This document shows, piece by piece, positions 55,488 through 64,000 of a DNA stretch of 64,000 nt. A model generated the notes under the pieces. That model saw only the letters and a program-made list of their open reading frames with translations. It searched no databases and was not told where the DNA came from. Every line of letters begins with the position of its first letter. Position 1 is the stretch's first letter. Position numbers and translations under genes: made by a program. This DNA is from Dimorphilus gyrociliatus (lineage: Eukaryota > Animalia > Annelida): positions 3,975,404-4,039,403 of the forward strand of contig CAJFCJ010000007.1 of the NCBI GenBank assembly GCA_904063045.1, written 5' to 3'.

Positions 55488-58400
55488 TTACTCATTTTTG
55501 ACGTGCTTTGGATCCTTAACTGGAGCATCTACTGGCGAGGCATCTAAAAGTTAAAGTCATTTTAATAAAACAAGCAGCTGCTGGACAATTAAATAAAGAT
55601 TATTTCTATATATATATACTGTATATCTATACTAAATATACTTTCACTCGCTCTATAATTTCTATTATTCTAACTCAGTCATACATAAGTTATATTCTAG
55701 TGAGAAAAATATAAATTGAAAATCCCTGTTGAGTAAATCTCACCAGAGCTGTCATCCAGAAGCGGTACATTCGCTTCAATATCCTCCTGTGTACCAGGAG
55801 TGGTTAACCGGTACCTAACTTTTGAATCTTTATCAGTTTCTGCAGACTGTTCCTCTGCCAGTTTAGCTCGTCTCTCTGCCTCGAGTTCCTCTCTAAGCCA
55901 GCTACCATCCCAAAATGAATCGTCAATTGGTTCCAAACACCAAAAGGAATAACAGACGAGCGAAATAACCGTAGCGGGTATACCAAAAATCATTAAAGCC
56001 CACCAACCAAGCTCGCCAAGAACAGCCTAAATTTTTCTTATTTAATTTTGAAAAAAAACTCTTGAACACACATCTCATGCACACCGTATCACAAAATGTA
56101 AAAAAGAGAGGGATAGTATATGATAAAGAACACAAACTTTCATCTATATTCTCGTCGTCTGTATCTTCAGCGTCGTCGATTGGTTCCATACAACAGAGAG
56201 CGTAGCAAACAATAGAAATGACGGCAGAAGGCAAACCAAATACAAGAAGAGCCAGCCAAGCTGATGCTTCATAAATGCTCTGTTACATAATGAGACAAAA
56301 ACAAATAGAATACATAGAATTGCAATAGAGAGAAAATTTTCAGATAAAATTTATTGTAAAAAACAACAAGGAAGACTTACGTCTATTTCAGCCTATTCTC
56401 TTATACAATGATTATCTCTTATCTTAGAAAATGAAGAATAAATAACTTACATAGACTGCAATCCATATATCGTACGCAATTCTCTTTACTCTTTGAAGGA
56501 ATCCAGTGCCACCAAAAGACTATTTATAAGACAACATACGTTAATAGTAATTATGGGTTCATCACAAAATATGGTACCGATACCCTTTTTTCAGCCGCTC
56601 CTTTATTTTTTTACAAAAATGACTTTTTGTTTATTAGTCAAAAGCAAGACGTTTTTAATAGAAATTAAAATAAAGACAACTTATCTATCTTTAACTGAGA
56701 ATTATAAAATCTTTGTTTATAACAATAGAAATAAGAAAATTATTGATTTATGCAACAGTCGACTAAATTGGTTAATCGCTTAAAAGAAGTAAGTGTTAAA
56801 TATTTAAGAATAATTTTCACAAATTTTCTATTACTGATACGAAGAGATTTTCATTTTACATTTTGCAATTTTATTATTCTTACATTAAAAAATATAGAAA
56901 AATTGATTTTAACACCTATTTTATAAAAATACAAAATTTTTCTTATCTAATTTTTTTTAGATAAAATTTTTATAATTCTTAAGTAAAGATTGTCTTCATT
57001 TTAATCTCTATTAGAAACATCTTGCTCATAGCAAAGTTAAAGAAAAACTTAAAAGAAAGGTGGCCAAATTTTGATTACCGGTACGGTATAAACTTACGGG
57101 AGCCGATCCATCTCTTATTTCATTTAAAAACTTTGAAAATGAGTTATAAGTGATATCAACCAGCTGCAAAATTGAATTATTAATTATTTAGCGGGGCAAC
57201 TAATTAACTCACATTAAATTCTGGTAAGTAATAATATTGTGTTTCTGTATCAAAAACAATTAAAGCCGGTAATTTTAGAGTTGTCATTGTTATTGTATTC
57301 ATCGTTTCTGGATCATCCATCCAGGCAAATTGAAAGTGAGCATGAAAATCCCTTCGATATTTAGTCGACATCATTGTGGCTATGTCTTTCATTCTAAAAT
57401 TCGTAAATATAATATATACTTACATGATTTAATTCAAAAAAATGTGTTATAGGAAAAAATAAGATAAAAAACCTGCTATTCAATTTTACTGATTCCTTAT
57501 CCGCATCATTTACAACAATAACAACAATTTTTTTCCTTAAATCACTCATATCGCTCAACCCTCCGCCTCCAGCTAATTTTGGGAAAGCCAAGTGTCGTTC
57601 TCTAGCTACAAAAGCTTCAACAGAACTTCTTGTTACACCAGATTCACCAGCTATTATTGTAATTATTGATAAAATAGGTTAATGATTATGAAGAAAAGAC
57701 TATTTGAAGTGCATACGTTCGTATTCATACCATTCCCTATCTTTAAACACAACAAGAGTTGGATCGTGTTGTAAGTGTTTAACGAAGTCTGGAGGCAGTA
57801 TTTTTCTTTCGCACGAATAATAATAAGAATGAACAGCTAATTTATCAGTAACTGCTGCGAACTTTGTCTACAATATTAGAAACAATACAATTTTTCAAAT
57901 AAGGCAGAGAAAAAAGTAAGTTAATATCTACCATTAATTCGGACAGACCCTGTTGCGCTCCAATATATAAAAAGAAAGAACTATCTGCATGTTCGCTTCG
58001 AATATCGAAATATTTCGCCCCATTTGATATTACTTTGATGGTTGGTCTACAAAGGAATAACCATATGAAACGATTACTTTATATATTTGTTAAATTTTAT
58101 TGTTTATGATATTTTTAATTTATTATTTCTTAATGAATTCTTCTTACCCTAAAGCCCTTTTGGCAAATTCAGTAATTGCTTCTTTTGTTCTATCGCCTTG
58201 GTGTTTGAAAACTCTATCACCTTGTATACTAATAAAGGAGCAATAAATATGTTTTTTTCTATAATATTAAATAACACTTACAATAAAATTGTGGGAAAAC
58301 CTTGAACTTCATATTTGGCCGAGACAGTTGTATGTCTTGTTGCATCCAATTTAGCTACTTTAATATGTGATTTTTCTAAATCCAAATAAACTTGATGGTA

Positions 58401-59082
58401 AATTGGTTCTAATCTTTTACAATGACCACACCAAGGAGCATAAAACTGTTGAATTATCGAATAAGATAATAATTTTTTTCATTTAGATAAAAGATAATAA
58501 TATACAAACTTCTACAAGCCATGGTGTGTCGTCTTCAGGATCAACTGAGAAACTGTCCAATTATAAGAAATTTTACTACTTTAACTTATAACTTAATCTA
58601 TAATTCATATATAATATAAATGAGTATATTAGTATTTCATGCATTCAATGGTTAGTTTCAATATAGACAAAAATGCATAGCTATTATAAATATCTATCTA
58701 ATCACTTGTTCAAAAATTTGTAAAAATTAAAGGAAGAATGTTAAAATTTTATACAATCAATGTCTTACAGCCTCTTTGAGTTTGAAAAATATTGCCACAC
58801 CCACCTAGCATGATGGATATTATTAGAAATTTAATAGCATAAATCCACATTATGAATGCAGCCAATAAATGATCGACAACTTTCAGAACCGTATATTATC
58901 GTTCAAATGATAAACTTACCTGTCATCTAAATCAATGATTTGTGACTGAACCACGCATCCAAAGCACGCTAAAATGAAGCAATAATATAAACATTGTTAA
59001 TACTGTCTAAAACTATCATCATTTTTTATAATAATCTGTTCTGAACTGAAAACAAACCTATTAACCAGAAGATGATTTTCAT
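55488..59082 (-). CDS. TMX3: Thioredoxin-related transmembrane protein 3 (PDIA13), with two alternative TM exons
   Basis: Signal peptide MKIIFWLIACFGCVVQS, FYAPWCGHCKRLEP, KLDAT..YEVQGFPTI, GGTGFLQRVKRI and TM FGLP..VISIVCY. The shared last exon ends KHVKNE*. Confidence 0.92.
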
Positions 59083-59232
59083 TCTCCACCAGCAGTAGTA
59101 TTGCAGTGAATAACTTGTGGACTTTTAAGTGGAAGTCAACGCGAGAGCAAAAACTGGTAAACTGAACATTTTGAGTTTTCCTCATAGCAGCAGTTGATAT
59201 TTTCGGCTACCTCGAGATTCTGTATTGTTAAA

Positions 59233-59749
59233 ATGACCACCGTAGCAAAATCTCAGGTAAAGCTACTACTTTATTTGTTGTTTCCAAAAAATAGTTATTT
59301 GAAATATTTTTAATATTATACTTATATTGAAATTGATTGAAATTCTTGAGTGATAATGTAATAAATTGCAGCCTGATCAAGACGTAAACGTTACTTATGA
59401 AGATCAGCAAAAAATTAACACCTTCGCCCGTTATAACATGAAATCAACGGACTTAAAAGAAGAATTGGCTGAAAAAGAGAAGGAGCTTACAAATTTAAAC
59501 GACGCTTCTGATGAAATTTTGATGTTGGATGATGATGTTCCCATCCCTTACCAAGTTGGAGAAGTTTTTGTTGTAGGAGATAAAGATGAATCTGAAAGAG
59601 TCATTGAAAAGGAAAAGGAAAATATAGAAAAAGTCGTTTCTAATTTAAAGAAGAAAATTGAGGAATACCAAGGCCTAATGTCCAAGCTGAAAGTTGACCT
59701 ATATGCAAGATTCGGAAACAGCATTAATTTAGAAAGTGACGATAAATAA
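59233..59749 (+). CDS. PFDN4: Prefoldin subunit 4
   Basis: MTTVAKSQ|PDQDVNVTYEDQQKINTFAR...IPYQVGEVF...LKVDLYARFGNSINLE. Confidence 0.96.
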
Positions 59750-60018
59750 TTTATAAAAAATTGATAAAATTTGAATGAATAGCTTTAAAAGAACTTAATA
59801 CATTTTTCAAATTTGTTTATAATTAAAAGCGATAGATGTCACTGAAATTCAAGTTTTTACTAGGCCTTACATACAAGATCACCTCATCGGAAATAGCACA
59901 CAATTTTAATAGTAAAATTAGTACCGATATTATAAAGTAGATGGCTTTAATATCTGTTCAATATATACTCACCAGCTTACAATCGATGTCATTTCAACCG
60001 ATCAACCTCTAGGAAGCT

Positions 60019-62148
<2,130 letters not shown>

Positions 62149-62436
62149 AGAGGACCCTTTATCCTTCTTACGTGTTCTTCAATGACATTATAACATATTT
62201 TATATACTAATGATTTTGTTTTAAATTGAGGATTGGTTCCTTATTTTTTCCTTGTTTCTAGCTTTTTATCAGTTTCTCTTATATAAATCAAATAAACAGT
62301 TATTTTTAATCTTAGATATGACTGATCTATTGAACTTGTCGGAAAACAATAATAATTTAGCATACATATTACATTAAACAATAATTAATTTCATATCCAA
62401 AACAACAATTAATTTGATACTGGCATAATAGTTTTT

Positions 62437-63150
62437 CTAAAGATCTTGTCTAGGTGGTCTATGAGGAGGTCTTGGCTGTCTTGGCATTCTGAAATTGTCA
62501 TTTCTGAATTTACAATTTTCACTCCATTCATCACTACCATCCGAACAATCTTTATTACCATCGCATATATAAATAGGAAGTATACATTCCTTTGTTCCGC
62601 ATGTGAATAAATTATGCGGACATTTAAAATCTTTTGGTACCGTTTGTCGTCCTCCTCCTTGCCATCTTTTTCTGTTCCACGTTTTACATAGTGAAGCATA
62701 TTCATCACTACCGTCCGCACAATCTGGATTATCGTCGCAAACGAATTTCTTATTAATGCATACTTTGTCTTTACACGTAAACAGGTTGGGATGCGGGCAC
62801 TTGAAGTCGGGATCATCTGGGCTATATTTTTCATTTGGATTTATTGGATTTTGAATGCAATCTCTCTCGTCGGAACCATCTTAATGGGGTAAATGATTAT
62901 CTTGAATCTGTCACACAATTTTATTAGTTATCAAACCTGAACAATCCTTTTCTCCATCGCATTTGAAATCTTTATCAACGCATTGTTCGCCATTGCGACA
63001 AGCAAACGTTGACTCTGGACAACGTTTGCTGACTATAATGAAAGGATTATTAAATGTATATTCTGTAAAAGAATGAAACTTAGAGGATTAACTACCTGCA
63101 ACAGAAATAATAACTGAGAGGAAAATAACGATTAAGTCCTTATTTAACAT
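62437..63150 (-). CDS. Small secreted protein made of three LDL-receptor class A modules, no TM segment
   Basis: Signal peptide MLNKDLIVIFLSVIISVA, then [61 protein letters not shown] and [27 protein letters not shown]. The ORF track shows a wrong frame here. Confidence 0.88.
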
Positions 63151-63607
63151 GTTTGAAAATGACAAAGACTAAATGATTAGTACACGTGTAAGCTAGATTA
63201 TAAATCGGGTTACACAGTCTTTATTCTCTTAAAGGTAGAGAGCATAGAAGCCATACTAAGATTTATCACGAATAAAGTATCAAATTTGCTTCGAATATGA
63301 AAAATTAACATTTTTTGAACGAAATAATGTAAAATGAAATATAGAAATTACGAATAATGAAAGGAATTTCGAACGCGAAATTAATTAAGAGTTTTGATTT
63401 ATTGTGATAACTTTCAACTTGTATCAAAAAATTACGTTTAGACAAAACATAAGTAAGGTTTTGGCTTTTTAATTGTTCAGCTTATTAATTGGTTTCTATC
63501 ACAATTTCATATTTCTTCTATTGTAAGATCAACGTACTATTTTTTTACTATTAATACTATTATCATTATAAAAGTCATGGTTAGTTGGCTAAGAGCATAT
63601 AAGTACT

Positions 63608-63784
63608 TTACAATCCATTGAAAAGTTGTATTACATTTTCAAAACCTCCCAAATAGGCAAAAACTAATAAAATTAAAAGGATCCAAGTTGTGAAAGAGAA
63701 GGAGGAGATAACTTTCAGAATTGTTATTAAAACGAGCAACAAGCCAAGAAGTCCAGATGACTGAAGATCTTCTAGAGTTATCAT
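63608..63784 (-). CDS. Candidate 58-aa two-helix membrane microprotein
   Basis: MITLEDLQSSGLLGLLLVLITILKVISSFSFTTWILLILLVFAYLGGFENVIQLFNGL*. It lies below the 60-aa ORF cut-off, and CRE (TGACGT) and ETS-like motifs lie ~110-160 bp upstream. Confidence 0.5.
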   Translation of the reverse strand: MITLEDLQSSGLLGLLLVLITILKVISSFSFTTWILLILLVFAYLGGFENVIQLFNGL

Positions 63785-64000
63785 TCAAATTCAACAAAAC
63801 CTTGATTTTCTTCTTAAATAACTATTTTCTTAAAATTTGAATTAAATTTAAGTTTTGTATCTTATTTTAATAAAAATTTATTTAAATTGGATTATGACGT
63901 AAATATTGTTCTATCTCAAAAAAACCGGTCAAAATCGCTTCCGCTTTGAGGAATTTGAGTGATAATGTGTAGGTTTTAGATATGACAACGCTAATAACGA

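Noticed and set aside
59941-60012. 23-codon ORF ending 7 nt before the AGXT2 ATG
   Set aside because: It may lie upstream of the TSS in a ~270-bp intergenic gap and cannot be supported without TSS data.

Overview
Eukaryotic (animal) genomic DNA, AT-rich and very gene-dense. It holds about 27 protein-coding genes, most with short (~45-110 nt) GT-AG introns, plus a protostome miR-317/miR-277/miR-34 cluster at ~16 kb that the ORF track cannot show. The miRNA set, an NR1-like nuclear receptor of a type I associate with lophotrochozoans, and the extreme compaction suggest a miniaturised lophotrochozoan genome such as the annelid Dimorphilus gyrociliatus; this is an inference and was not tested. 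Gene order: DENND5 (partial), PTPN12-like, CCDC28, rhodopsin GPCR, ANKZF1, beta-tubulin, ABHD4, nuclear receptor, miRNA cluster, AMPK-gamma, divergent stromalin, DOLK, UBE2G2, TIMM44 (with nested antisense SMIM14), NUDT16, RING-H2 ligase, TBCD, arylsulfatase, WDR54, SLC25A39/40, an unknown triple-repeat protein, SOWAH, TMX3, PFDN4, AGXT2, a secreted LDLa-only protein and a candidate 58-aa membrane microprotein. Most striking signals: (1) three single-codon (3-nt) microexons inside the SOWAH ankyrin repeats; (2) duplicated, mutually exclusive transmembrane/tail exons in TMX3; (3) a protein built from three copies of an ~85-aa module I do not recognise; (4) a stromalin paralog with a 2.8-kb intronless core and an altered partner-binding surface; (5) a U12-type intron in CCDC28. 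All gene models were spliced by hand, so boundaries need RNA-seq confirmation. Homolog sequences are quoted from memory, and no mobile elements, tRNA, rRNA or CRISPR arrays could be supported.
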